DNA of 63,814 bases, counting the filler, from Thraustochytrium aureum (lineage: Eukaryota), in NCBI GenBank assembly GCA_012862495.1. It is 4 parts of 2 records of this genome, joined end to end, with 100 filler letters (N's around TTAATTAATTAA, not from the genome) between each part and the next. Parts side by side here need not be neighbours in the genome. Positions count along the whole stretch, not along the records: positions 1 to 28,403 come from BLSG01000197.1; 3 more parts are not named here. One strand, 5' to 3'. This document shows positions 1 through 11,339 of this stretch, piece by piece. Position 1 is the first letter of the stretch, and every line of letters starts with the position of its first letter. The notes under the pieces were generated by a model. It saw only the letters and a program-made list of their open reading frames with translations. It did no database searches and was not told where the DNA came from. The translations under genes and the position numbers were made by a program.

Positions 1-70
1 AGTTGGGCGAGCGGGCTTGCGTGGCGCCGTGCCGGAGCGAGCGATTCGTGGACGGGCGCGGGCGGCGGCG

Positions 71-1012
71 ATGGACGAGGTCGCGGAGTATGAGAACTAC
101 CTGCGCGAAGTCGCGTTTTTTGCGGCGCAGGAGGAGGGCGAGCGCGGGCCCCGCGGCGGCGGCCAGTGGGCAGGGCGAGGCGAAGATGTAAACCTGGTGG
201 CTGCCGGCGGGTACCAGAACTATGAGCAGGACGTGATACGCGAAGCGTACTCGTCGGCTACGTACACGAGCATCCGCGACCTGCCCAACCACTTTCGGCC
301 TGGCGAGGTGGCTCTGGCGCGACAGCTCAAGATGATTGAGCAGCACCAACAGTCTGGCGCCAACCCGGACGACGTGCTCGGGCGCCGAAGAAGGGCGAAC
401 AATGGCCTCTTTTACGAGTTTGAGTACGTTCCCTCGAGGTATACCCTCCAGAAGGAACTTGAAGCACAAGAGCGGATCAACGCAAAGACAAAGGCGCTCG
501 AGATTGGCGGTGGACACGAGTTTCGATGCGCGGGCTCCTCGCGCCGGCTCAAGCACGAGGACGGCTTTGGCGACAAGACATTCCGGTACCCTTACCAGAG
601 CACGCCATTCCAAGCCGAGGCAGACCTGCAAAGCAAAGAGCGCCTGCTGGAGAAGGGCAAGATGCTGCATGGGCCGTTCCTCCCAACCGGCCGCTCGGCC
701 CGCATGGTGCTTGACGCCGTGACGCGGACTAGTCTCCCGTACATCCTCGACGCGATTAGGAGCTTATTAGACGAAGACTGGGGCGACTGCGAGTTTGAGG
801 TTCAGGCCACGGCCGCGGACCTGGTTCTGGTGCGCTTCTCCCTTGCCGAGCTTGATGGTCAGCTTGCCGGCCTGCGTGCGTACATGAACATGCTCGAGTC
901 GGCCAACAAGTCCCTGCAGCGGTTCGCTCTCAAGAAGGCCCCAAGCGAGTGGGCGCATGAGCCTGGCGACGGCTACATCTATTTTGGTCTTCGCCCCCCT
1001 TGGGTACGGTGA
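71..1012 (+). CDS. Hypothetical protein (~313 aa), function unknown
   Basis: Uninterrupted ORF with ATG at 71 (MDEVAEYENYLRE...), GC3-biased codons and TGA at 1010-1012. No family recognised with confidence. Confidence 0.7.
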   Translation: MDEVAEYENYLREVAFFAAQEEGERGPRGGGQWAGRGEDVNLVAAGGYQNYEQDVIREAYSSATYTSIRDLPNHFRPGEVALARQLKMIEQHQQSGANPDDVLGRRRRANNGLFYEFEYVPSRYTLQKELEAQERINAKTKALEIGGGHEFRCAGSSRRLKHEDGFGDKTFRYPYQSTPFQAEADLQSKERLLEKGKMLHGPFLPTGRSARMVLDAVTRTSLPYILDAIRSLLDEDWGDCEFEVQATAADLVLVRFSLAELDGQLAGLRAYMNMLESANKSLQRFALKKAPSEWAHEPGDGYIYFGLRPPWVR

Positions 1013-1651
1013 TTATGATTATCTCAAGCTCTNNNNNNNNNNNNNNNNNNNNNNNNNNNNNNNNNNNNNNNNNNNNNNNNNNNNNNNNNNNNNNNNNNNN
1101 NNNNNNNNNNNNNNNNNNNNNNNNNNNNNNNNNNNNNNNNNNNNNNNNNNNNNNNNNNNNNNNNNNNNNNNNNNNNNNNNNNNNNNNNNNNNNNNNNNNN
1201 NNNNNNNNNNNNNNNNNNNNNNNNNNNNNNNNNNNNNNNNNNNNNNNNNNNNNNNNNNNNNNNNNNNNNNNNNNNNNNNNNNNNNNNNNNNNNNNNNNNN
1301 NNNNNNNNNNNNNNNNNNNNNNNNNNNNNNNNNNNNNNNNNNNNNNNNNNNNNNAGAGTACAGAACCAAAGCAAGTGCGCTTGTGCGAAGCTCCGTCGGC
1401 TCCAAACGGAGCACCTTTCGGTGCTTGCATGGCCTCGACCCGGCCCAGCCCGGCCGCTCGAATCGTCCTCCGAATCCACGCGTCCGCGCACGTCCCAGCA
1501 AGCACTCCCACCATGCACCCCAAGCGCGGCACCGTTGGAGGAAGCGCAGCGAAACGCGAAGAGGCGATCGAGGAAGGAGGACCTGATTGCTGAGGCACTT
1601 GCCTCTTTCTGGACAAGGTCCGTGCGCAGCGCGCCGCTTCGCTGCCCTCGG

Positions 1652-2995
1652 CTAGGCACCTCCAGGCTCGGCCTTGACGACGGGCTCTGTGCTTTCCAGC
1701 GGCTTTGGCGGCGCCGCCTCAGCGTTGGCGTTCTCGAGCTCCCCCTTGAGCTCGGCAGAGCGTGCGATGCTGCCCGTTTTCAGAAACTCGTCCACGCGGT
1801 TTGCTGTTCGCGCGCCGACTCCGGGTAGCTTGTGCTTGCCTTTGGAGATCTGCGCGCCGGAAGAGATCTCAAACGGGGCCATCCTGATCGCAGATGCAGC
1901 GCGGTGGTCTGCTCGGACCTTGAACATAAAGTTGGCATGCTCGTGCGCGGCGTGGGCTTCTAGGTGGGCGAGCTCGTCCAGCGCGTCGGCGATGCGAGCG
2001 TTGGTCTCGTAGGCGGCGCAAGGGCCACTGGACGCTGCGTGCGCAGCAAGCGAGTCCGCCCTTACGCCCGCAAGTCCAAACTGCGTTCGAAGGGACTTGA
2101 GGGCCATGCGCACATCGCCGCTCGCGGCCTCGAGGGCTCTGTCTGCCGCGTTTCTAGGACCGGCACTGGCGTACTCCATCGCGACATTGAGTCGCTCGGC
2201 CGCGCCAAGCACGATCTCTGCGGCCGGCGCACCGCCACCGGCTGCGCGCTTAGCGGCAGCAACGGCCTCTGCAAGCAGCCTCTCTTCCTCCGCGGGGTCG
2301 CCGGCGTCCGCAGGGTCGTCACGGCCGGGGAGCAGCCAGGCTGCGCGCTTGATGCGCTCGTCGCTCGGGTCGGCGACAAAGTCGCACGATTCACGCATCT
2401 CGATCTCCTCATCCCAGTACCCGAAGCACTTGACCTTGTCGGAGTCGCTGCCGTCGTTCACGAGAGCAAGCTGGCCGTGTAGGCAAGCAGGGCAGGCGAG
2501 GAAGCGCCCGTTCCGGGACATTTCCTCGCACCTACGGACGAGGTCGTCCTTGGTGCCCTTCAGCAACTGCCTGTTCAGCCTAAGGATGTCTTTAAGCTCT
2601 GCCAGCAGCAGCGCGCCATAGTCGATTTCCCGCCCCGCCTTCAGAATCTTCTTCGGCGTTTCGTGGAAGGTGGCGTGATGAGGAGCCGCGCGTTTCGCGC
2701 GCGGGGCCCCGGCACGATCCTTGGCCTTGTCGAGGGCCTTGTTGACCTCTTGGGTTTGCTTGTCGTCGAGTTCGTTCAGGCCCTCGACGTCGTTGAGCGA
2801 GAACCGCAGGTCTTTCTCTTTCGGGAAGGGAAGGCAGTCCAGGTGATAGTACGAGTACAAGGCCCCGTGAATATTCGTTCTCTCCTGGACGTCCGCCCAC
2901 CGGACTTGGCCTTTGCCGATGCGTTCGTGGCAGGCTTTGCATCCAGCTCGTCCGGACGGGCTCGACTCCACGCGCCATCGGTGGTGAGTAGCCAT
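1652..2995 (-). CDS. zf-PARP + SAP/PADR1 + UBA-like + DNA polymerase beta N-terminal HhH (HHH_8) domain protein
   Basis: PARP zinc finger SPSGRAGCKAC...YYHLDC. PADR1-like ELKDILRLNRQLLKGTKDDLVRRC...CPAC...CFGYWDE...CDF. Pol-beta 8-kDa-like NARIADALDELA...LPGVGARTANRVDEFLKTG. ATG at 2995 lies just before the zinc finger. Confidence 0.8.
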   Translation of the reverse strand: MATHHRWRVESSPSGRAGCKACHERIGKGQVRWADVQERTNIHGALYSYYHLDCLPFPKEKDLRFSLNDVEGLNELDDKQTQEVNKALDKAKDRAGAPRAKRAAPHHATFHETPKKILKAGREIDYGALLLAELKDILRLNRQLLKGTKDDLVRRCEEMSRNGRFLACPACLHGQLALVNDGSDSDKVKCFGYWDEEIEMRESCDFVADPSDERIKRAAWLLPGRDDPADAGDPAEEERLLAEAVAAAKRAAGGGAPAAEIVLGAAERLNVAMEYASAGPRNAADRALEAASGDVRMALKSLRTQFGLAGVRADSLAAHAASSGPCAAYETNARIADALDELAHLEAHAAHEHANFMFKVRADHRAASAIRMAPFEISSGAQISKGKHKLPGVGARTANRVDEFLKTGSIARSAELKGELENANAEAAPPKPLESTEPVVKAEPGGA

Positions 2996-3276
2996 CGCTC
3001 GCACCTTCTTCAAAGCAGCCAAACGCACGCTCACTGGGCAAGATGCGCCTTTGCGCTGCTGTAGCTGTCTCAGCTGTCTGGTGTCTGTCTGTTCTGCTCG
3101 TCTGGTCTGGACGCGCCGCCTTGCCTCATGTTGCATGGCGTCCCTCGCACCTCCGAGACGGAACAACGAGTTTCACTTCCAGCTCGCATAGAGAGTAAAT
3201 TTATAGATCAGCCTCCTTATCGGAGATAACCAGATGGGGAAGAGCAGGTTCGGTCCTGCGCAGCGTCTTAGGACGG

Positions 3277-3373
3277 TCCCGCGTAGCTCAGTTGGTAGAG
3301 CGTTAGGCTCTTATCTCTCACCTCGGTGAGATGTGAAACCTAATGGTCAAGGGTTCGAGCCCCTTCGTGGGAA
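3277..3373 (+). tRNA. tRNA-Lys(CTT) with a 24-nt intron (3314-3337)
   Basis: Acceptor stem TCCCGCG/CGTGGGA, D arm GCTC-AGTTGGTA-GAGC, anticodon stem TTAGG/CCTAA with CTT at 3310-3312, intron at canonical 37/38, T arm AAGGG-TTCGAGC-CCCTT. A downstream T-run is a likely Pol III terminator. Confidence 0.93.
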
Positions 3374-3698
3374 TTCCTTTTTTCTTCGTTTTGCGCCTTT
3401 TTTTTGCGAGTCGCGTTCCTGAGCGCGGCGCGTCGCACTTCGAGTCCTGAGCGGGTCGTGCGTGTCGCGCAATGCATGTGCGACTGCGAGATGCCCACGG
3501 GAGTGGTCATTTTGTTAATTTTAGAACTCGCCAAGCGAGATTGATTCACTCGCTACACTTTGAGGACCGGTAGCAGCGCACGGAATCCATCGATTTTCAA
3601 CCAGAAAATACGAACAGCGCGCACTGTTGACAAGACGAACAGCGTGTATGTACGTTTGAGCTTCCGTCGCGCGCTCCACGAGCGCCTCTCGAACTGCT

Positions 3699-3784
3699 CT
3701 AATCCCGCGGAGTTGCTCCTGCGGAATTGCTCCTGCGCTAATCCCGCGGAATTGCTCCTGCGGAAATGCTCCTGCGGAATTGCT
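3699..3784. repeat. Short tandem repeat (14-bp GCGGAATTGCTCCT units within a 39-bp period)
   Basis: About five copies of GCGGA(A/G)(T/A)TGCTCCT, and CTAATCCCGCGGA at 3699 and 3738. Confidence 0.75.
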
Positions 3785-4527
3785 TGTGGCACATTACCCG
3801 GCATGGTGGTGGGCGGCCGCAGATGCACTGCGCATCGCGACCCACCGGAACTTCCGAAGAGTCTGTTCTGACGTCACGCCGGATCCGGTTGACCCTGCCA
3901 AAANNNNNNNNNNNNNNNNNNNNNNNNNNNNNNNNNNNNNNNNNNNNNNNNNNNNNNNNNNNNNNNNNNNNNNNNNNNNNNNNNNNNNNNNNNNNNNNNN
4001 NNNNNNNNNNNNNNNNNNNNNNNNNNNNNNNNNNNNNNNNNNNNNNNNNNNNNNNNNNNNNNNNNNNNNNNNNNNNNNNNNNNNNNNNNNNNNNNNNNNN
4101 NNNNNNNNNNNNNNNNNNNNNNNNNNNNNNNNNNNNNNNNNNNNNNNNNNNNNNNNNNNNNNNNNNNNNNNNNNNNNNNNNNNNNNNNNNNNNNNNNNNN
4201 NNNNNNNNNNNNNNNNNNNNNNNNNNNNNNNNNNNNNNNNNNNNNNNNNNNNNNNNNNNNNNNNNNNNNNNNNNNNNNNNNNNNNNNNNNNNNNNNNNNN
4301 NNNNNNNNNNNNNNNNNNNNNNNNNNNNNNNNNNNNNNNNNNNNNNNNNNNNNNNNNNNNNNNNNNNNNNNNNNNNNNAAGCGGTGGTGAGTGGTTGTCG
4401 GCACCAGGGAGCCATGCAAGCGAGGGCGAGCAGAGCAGTACCAGAGCAGCAGCTAGCAGGAGCCGTACGTGCAGCAGCAGCAGAGGCAGCAGCAGCAGCA
4501 GCAGCAGAGCGGCAGCGAGAAGCAATC

Positions 4528-5214
4528 ATGGCGCAGATGAACAAGAAGCGAAAGTTCGTCGCGGATGGCGTGTTCTACGCCGAGCTGAACGAGCTCCTCA
4601 CCCGCGAGCTGGCAGAGGCTGGGTACTCTGGCGTTGAGGTCCGCGTGACCCCCATGCGCACGGAGATTATCATCCGCGCCACGCGCACCCTGCTGGTGCT
4701 CGGCGAGAAGGGCCAGCGCATCCGCGAGCTGACCTCGGTGGTCCAGAAGCGCTTCAACTTCCCCGACGGCATGGTCGAGCTGTACGCCGAGAAGGTGCAG
4801 CAGCGCGGGCTTTGCGCGCAGACGCAGGCGGAGAGCCTCAAGTACAAGCTTCTTGAGGGCCTTGCCGTGCGCCGCGCCTGCTACAGTGTTCTGCGGTACG
4901 TGATGGAGAACGGCGCCAAGGGTTGCGAGGTTATCGTTTCTGGCAAGCTTCGTGCGCAGCGCGCGAAGAGCATGAAGTTCAACGACGGATACATGATTAA
5001 GAGCGGCCAGCCGGCTCAGGACTATGTTGACAAGGCCACCCGCCACGTCATGATGCGCCAGGGTGTGCTCGGTGTCAAGGTCGCGATCATGCTCCCGCAC
5101 GACCCGGCTGGCAAGATGGGCCCCAAGACCCCGCTTGCCGACCACGTCGAGGTGCTCGAGCCCAAGGAATACGCGCCCCCTGTGCAGGTGATGCCTTCCC
5201 CCATGCAGATTTGA
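4528..5214 (+). CDS. RPS3: 40S ribosomal protein S3 (uS3)
   Basis: [48 protein letters not shown]...[16 protein letters not shown]...[13 protein letters not shown]. Intronless CDS with a (GCA)n tract just upstream. Confidence 0.98.
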   Translation: MAQMNKKRKFVADGVFYAELNELLTRELAEAGYSGVEVRVTPMRTEIIIRATRTLLVLGEKGQRIRELTSVVQKRFNFPDGMVELYAEKVQQRGLCAQTQAESLKYKLLEGLAVRRACYSVLRYVMENGAKGCEVIVSGKLRAQRAKSMKFNDGYMIKSGQPAQDYVDKATRHVMMRQGVLGVKVAIMLPHDPAGKMGPKTPLADHVEVLEPKEYAPPVQVMPSPMQI

Positions 5215-6321
5215 GGCTAGAGGAAACGAGGGTATGAGGGCTTGCCTCCGGAGCGGTATTTTGATGCAATGGAAGCTTGTTCGTTTGGAGTGTGTTGAAT
5301 CTTGTTTTGGGGCTTGCTTGTGTCGTCCGATGAGGTGCCCGCCGGTGAGTGGCCCTGTGCGGGCTCCAGGGGCCGGGGCTTTTTCTTTGCGGCTGCACGT
5401 TGATTCCCAAGCTTGATACTTTCGCTTTGACACGGGTGGCGCCGGGCCGCATCCAACTCTACTTTAGAGGCTTGCTGAGGTGAGGGCAGGGAGGTTGAGG
5501 AGGATTCTGGATCACCTGTTTCATACTCTGCCCCCCGTGGCTTGGCCTCGCTCGAGCAGCTCTGTGCATCGCTCAAGTCTTTGTTATTAATGTGTAACTT
5601 GCTGCCTTCGAGCGCAGACCAGCGTTGGTTGCTCCAATGGGCCGACATCTCACGAACTCACCCATCTTGATCAAAATTGCACAGCGGAATCTGGAGTCCT
5701 GTTTCTTTTGTACTAGCAAGGTGTCTGTCTGTCTGTGCGTTCAATTTCGTTAAGAGTTCAATCAGCCGGGGTTGTCCTACGCCTGCCGCACGTCCCGCTC
5801 CACGCAGGGCGCGTTCTCAGGCGCAACACTTGTTCGAGTCGCGCTTGCCGTTGCCCGCTACACTAGTCAAGATGGTCCGCAAGAACGGCCCAGTCGTCGG
5901 CGGTAATGACCTCCCCGTCTCTGGTCACAACGACGCTTGCGTTTGGGGCCCGCTCTTTGCCCGTTGCTGGCGGAACCTCAGCGCGACCGCTGTCTGGCTC
6001 CCTTGCGCGGTAGACATCGCCAGTCGGTCGAGGAAATTGCGATGCGACGCCAAACCCGACCGGGGACCCAGGCAAAGGCCCAAGTGGCCTGGCGCCGGCT
6101 GCCCGAGATCCGAAGCCCGCCGTCGGAATCCCCTGCAGCAGAAGCGGTGAGCTGGGGCTCCCTACCATTTGGAAAGAAGGGGCCCAGAGGCTGGACCGGA
6201 AACCCCTGGTTGAGCGCCCTCGGTGGTAAATGGCCTGCAAACCCAGGAGCAAAGGGCCTCGAATAGGCCACCGGACGTTGCAGGCTCACAGGCCTCGGGC
6301 CTGGGTGCAACAGGTCTTGTC

Positions 6322-7104
6322 TCATCGTGACGGTTTGCTGGTGCATGAAAACTGGTCGCATCGTGGTGGAGTGCTGTTGTGGTGCTGCTGGTCTTGGAGG
6401 GGCGGAGTGAACGTGAGTGGGTTGTGCAGTACCAAGTGCGTAACAGGGTATCCAGGGCTTCGTTGCGTGATCGCGGCCTGTTGGCTTCGGTGCGGGGTTG
6501 GGGTCTGCAGTTCGCGCTTTGGGCGGACTCGCGCTGGGAGCGGGACTTCTGGCGGCTGCGCTGGTGGACGGTGGCGTGGACGGACGCCACCGTGGCGTGG
6601 AGGAAACGGTCTGGCGTCGTCCTCGCTCATGCTCCTCGAGCCGAGACTTGAAGCTGAAGACGCTCGTGCTCGCGTTGGATTGCCAAAGTCGGGGTCGCCC
6701 TTTTTCTTTTGTGGACGGGCCATCGAGGCGTAAAGCTTGCGATTGAACACGCGTCGTTGGCGTTTGTATCTGTACCGCGCAAGAACCTCCTGGCGTGTTC
6801 TTCTGCCACTCAGTGTGTGGGCTACGCGGGCGGCCGCTGCTGCTTGGAGATCGTCCTCAAAATGCCGTTTCCGCTTGAACCCCAGGCCCAACGCGCGCTG
6901 TTGCTCGGCGAGCGTTTGTTGGTTTTGCCGGGGCGGTATCAGCGCGGCTTCGCTCATGGAGCGTCGCGGTAGCGGGCGCGGCAGCGGGGGTCGCGCACTG
7001 TCTACGAGGCTGGTGTAGGTATTCGCCCGGCCCCGGCCACGGCCACGGCCCGGGTCTTGGCCAGCGCAGCCGTCGGCTACGCTCCATTCCTCGTCTTCAT
7101 TCAT
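6322..7104 (-). CDS. Putative CCT-motif protein, otherwise low complexity
   Basis: RQEVLARYRYKRQRRVFNRKLYASMARP resembles the CCT consensus (R...L.RYREKRK.R.F.K.I.Y.SR...A..RPR.KG). The 260-aa ORF starts at an ATG. Confidence 0.55.
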   Translation of the reverse strand: MNEDEEWSVADGCAGQDPGRGRGRGRANTYTSLVDSARPPLPRPLPRRSMSEAALIPPRQNQQTLAEQQRALGLGFKRKRHFEDDLQAAAAARVAHTLSGRRTRQEVLARYRYKRQRRVFNRKLYASMARPQKKKGDPDFGNPTRARASSASSLGSRSMSEDDARPFPPRHGGVRPRHRPPAQPPEVPLPARVRPKRELQTPTPHRSQQAAITQRSPGYPVTHLVLHNPLTFTPPLQDQQHHNSTPPRCDQFSCTSKPSR

Positions 7105-9930
7105 TCATTCGAAGCGGGATCCACGAGCTCTGCCCAGACGACGAGAAACGCACGCGCGCGCCTGGGGCGGCCGCCGCAGCAGCTTCTGGTGATGGCCGCA
7201 GGACTGGCGCTCGGCGTGGGCTGGCCCTCTGGCAACCCCNNNNNNNNNNNNNNNNNNNNNNNNNNNNNNNNNNNNNNNNNNNNNNNNNNNNNNNNNNNNN
7301 NNNNNNNNNNNNNNNNNNNNNNNNNNNNNNNNNNNNNNNNNNNNNNNNNNNNNNNNNNNNNNNNNNNNNNNNNNNNNNNNNNNNNNNNNNNNNNNNNNNN
7401 NNNNNNNNNNNNNNNNNNNNNNNNNNNNNNNNNNNNNNNNNNNNNNNNNNNNNNNNNNNNNNNNNNNNNNNNNNNNNNNNNNNNNNNNNNNNNNNNNNNN
7501 NNNNNNNNNNNNNNNNNNNNNNNNNNNNNNNNNNNNNNNNNNNNNNNNNNNNNNNNNNNNNNNNNNNNNNNNNNNNNNNNNNNNNNNNNNNNNNNNNNNN
7601 NNNNNNNNNNNNNNNNNNNNNNGATCGAGACCGGGCAGCGGCAGGTGCGGCAAGCACGTTCGATTCGCGCCTGCTCCGGGCGCTGGGCGTGCAAGGCGAC
7701 GCCAGCCCGACTTGGGACTCTTGCACCGCCTGGCCCGAGCACGCAGACTGCCGCGCAGCTCGGTTCGCGAGCCGGGCCGCCAGGACCGCTTGGCAGGCCA
7801 ACGTGCGTCGCGGAAGGAAGCAGAGCGCCTCGCTCGCTCGTATTGTTTGATTGCCAGCTGGTCGCCGATGACAGATGGGCTGCTCGTGAAACTCGGAACA
7901 AGTTTTTATCGTCGTCCAAACAGCAGCGTGACACGTCTCACAACCCGGAGTGAGGGTCAGAGCGCGTTTGCAGTGACGGACGTCAAGCCTCCCTCAGGCC
8001 TTTGCGAGCACGAACTGCTGATGCCTGCCAGCGGCGCATGTCGTGCCGGCCGGCGCACGGCGCCTCGCTCGCGCGAGCGCTCTCTCAATTTCGCTGCCGA
8101 GCGCCCAACTCTCATCATCATGGTGGTCTTGGCAATTCGTGGTCAGGCGCGAATTTGCGTCTCTGAACGGTCGTGAAAATGCGCACGAGGTAGGTAGGTG
8201 GTACCCTGCCGGGCGCACACGCTCGGGGAAGTGCAACCTCGACGAGGAATCCGACAGTGCGGACGCGGAGGTGCATTTCGACGCACTCCAAGGCGCATGA
8301 CCGACGCGAGCTCAAGCAGCAGCGCCCTGCGTGCGAGGCTTTGTACCACGTTGCGGGAGTACGGTCTTGAGCTGTCCGTGAGGTTGAGCACTGAGGCCTG
8401 GTGAAGGACAGGCAAGGCCGCGGTATTCTTCTTCGCAAGGACTGCTTGAGTCCTAGTGAGGGGGGGAAGCACGCGTTGGCTAACTGACGTTGGAAGCCGC
8501 AAATCGTTGACTTATGCAGCCAGCCAGCCGGCCTGCCAGCCAGTCCATTTCCGCTGGAGAGGTAGAGNNNNNNNNNNNNNNNNNNNNNNNNNNNNNNNNN
8601 NNNNNNNNNNNNNNNNNNNNNNNNNNNNNNNNNNNNNNNNNNNNNNNNNNNNNNNNNNNNNNNNNNNNNNNNNNNNNNNNNNNNNNNNNNNNNNNNNNNN
8701 NNNNNNNNNNNNNNNNNNNNNNNNNNNNNNNNNNNNNNNNNNNNNNNNNNNNNNNNNNNNNNNNNNNNNNNNNNNNNNNNNNNNNNNNNNNNNNNNNNNN
8801 NNNNNNNNNNNNNNNNNNNNNNNNNNNNNNNNNNNNNNNNNNNNNNNNNNNNNNNNNNNNNNNNNNNNNNNNGGCAGGGGCGGCATTTTTTCCCCTGTCG
8901 TACTTGACCGTCTCGAGGTCCCGTGAGGCGGTGAACTTTGAAAAAGAGGGGCGCTGCTGCTGTTCGCTTTTTCTTCAGCAACGCCTGCCAGCGCAGCAAG
9001 CAGAGCCTGCTCCTCCCTGCGCTCTGCTTTCTATTTTTCCCCCGCCCCATGCAAGTCCAACGCGACGATGAGTGGCAAACTAGCAAAAGCAAACCAGAGT
9101 CCGAGCCGGGATTCCACCTCCAGGCCCCGACGAAACAAGACCATAGCGTTGTCTTTTAGCCGGACCGCTATTGTTGCATTGGCCCTGGCTCAAGGTTCGC
9201 CGGCATGCTGTGAGCCCCGCACGATAACGCCGGGTTTGCAGCGTTCATGGAGGGAGCTCGAATTCGTCAAGGGCCGTCTCTGCCACCCAGGCCGACTGAG
9301 GGAATCGAGAGGACTCGGAGGAGGCGCAGAAGCGCTTGAGCTTCGGTGAGATCAGAAGTCCGCAAAAGAGCCGCGCCGGACGTGGGAAAGGAAGGAGCGA
9401 AGCCAGAGTCCAACGCGTTTCATTCTGTCAAAATCAACGCTGCGCTCCACACCGCCCAGCCGCGCGCTCTCACCTACAGCCAGCTCTGCATGTGAGCCAC
9501 ACGCAGGAACAAATAACAGAAAAGAAAAACCGAACCATGCTCGCTCGCCCGCTCGCTCCCCACGACCTGCTCCCTCTCCCGCGCGCTCTCGCAAGCGCTT
9601 CCCGGCACTCGCGTTTGTTTGCCCGCTCGGCCACCGACGCGTTAGTGGGTGCTGTTCGCCCTGCTCCGTGCGCGCAAGGACGCCTGCGTGCGTGTCGTGT
9701 GAGACTCGTGTCGTGTCCAGGCGCGGCCGACGTGGACGTGGACTCGCCTGCTCCCATTGTCGCCCTCGTCGACATCCTTTGCGCCAGAGCGGACACACGC
9801 TCAGCCGGTTGGCGCTGGGGACTCGGTGCTGCGCGAACGAACGCCCCTGTTGGCCGCTCGCGCTCGCTCGCTGGGTGCTTTCTCCTCGCCAACTGCGAGG
9901 GGAGGAGCCAGCCGGCAACCGGAAGGGGGG

Positions 9931-10984
9931 ATGGTCGCGGTGTTGCGAGCCGCCTCCACGAAGCGCGCAATGTGCGCTCGCGTCCTCCGCCCTGGAGCAG
10001 CGCTGGGGCGCGCCCTGTCCACTGGCGCCGCAGTCGGCGCATGGCGCGGCTGGGGGGGTCTTCGGCATTGCAGACGACCGGGGCAGTAGCGCGGTGCGCG
10101 GAGCGGCGCTGGGCCCGCCTGCGCTGCGCCAAGCCCTTCGCGCCGACAGCTCCAACTCGTTCTCGGAGCGCGGCCCAGACGTGGGGGTGCCCGACGCAGA
10201 CTTGGGCGATCTTGTCGACCCCGACGACGACCTCGTTGTCGCGGCGACGCGGATCCTGTCCAGCCGCGGCCTGCTGCCAGTCATCCTTGGAGGAGACCAT
10301 GCGATCACGCGCCCAGCGGTGCGCGCTATCGCGCTAGTACGCAAAGACCTAGGCCTTGCCGCGAGGCCGCTCGTCGTGCTCCAATTCGATGCGCACTCAG
10401 ACCTGTACGACCAGCTTGACACGCCTTTTCGAACTCCCCCGGATCCGTCACTTTCGCACGCGGCGCAGATGACGCGCATTATGGAGCAGGGCTATTGCGA
10501 GGCTCTGGTTCAGGTGGGCGTGCGATGCAACACCCCTGAGAATAGGCGCAACATCGCCACACACGGCGTGCATTGCCTCGAGGTCCACGAGCTGGGCGCC
10601 TCGGGAGCGCAGATTGCTGGACAAGTTGACAAGGCATTGCGAGCCCAATTCGGTGATGCCCCCCTCGACCTGTACGTCACCTTTGACATCGACGTCCTGG
10701 AGCCTGGCTTGGCGCCTGGCGTGGCGCATCCTGAGCCGGGAGGGCTCAGCGTGCGACAATGCGTTGACACTCTTGCCAACTTGGGCTCGGCGCGACTCAT
10801 CGGTGCAGACATCGTCGAGCTCAACCCGCCGCGGGACATCGCCGATGGACTCACGGCTCGCGTTGGTGCCAAGATCATTAAAGAGATGGTTGCGAGCGCC
10901 TTGTACGGCTCTCTGCGCGGGCCAGGCCCAGCCCCGCTGGAACAGGAGCGCTCAACCATCTGCAGCACCAGCACTCACAGATAG
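9931..10984 (+). CDS. Ureohydrolase, plant-type arginase/agmatinase-like, with probable mitochondrial presequence; frameshift near 10050
   Basis: Mn-binding motifs GGDHAIT, FDAHSDLY, FDIDVLEP, plus PGVAHPEPGGLS and GADIVELNPPRD. The Arg/Ala-rich N-terminus from ATG 9931 is in a different frame and joins near a G7 run. Confidence 0.88.
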
Positions 10985-11339
10985 CGGTCCTGACCGATAG
11001 CGTCCGTTGGCTTTGCTTAGCCAACCGCCCCAGTCTCTAGAGCTAGCTAGAGGCTACTTAGCTAGAGCAAAGAGTGGCCCCGCAGACCGCCTTGCGCTGG
11101 CAATGCTCATGCCAAGCACTCCTTCTTTGTTGTTGTCGTTGTTGTTGTTGTTGGCAAATGGGTTGCCAAAATCAACGAAACGATCCTGGGACACCGCACG
11201 CAACAACGCGCAAGTCCCACCAAACCAGACAGCGGCCCAGAGACCGCGCGAAGGCGACCCCGCCAGCGCCGGCGAGAACCTGGTCTTGCCGCGCAGCGCA
11301 GAGCCTGCTTCCGGGCTGCCCACGCGCGCACGCTTGCGA

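Noticed and set aside
5860..6320. GC-rich stretch considered as structured ncRNA or small gene
   Set aside because: No diagnostic snRNA, SRP, RNase P or snoRNA motifs recognised, and the ORFs lack clear codon bias.
7623..9660. Several overlapping ORFs between the CCT-like gene and arginase
   Set aside because: No frame gives a recognisable domain. A frameshifted gene may be present, but strand and boundaries cannot be supported.
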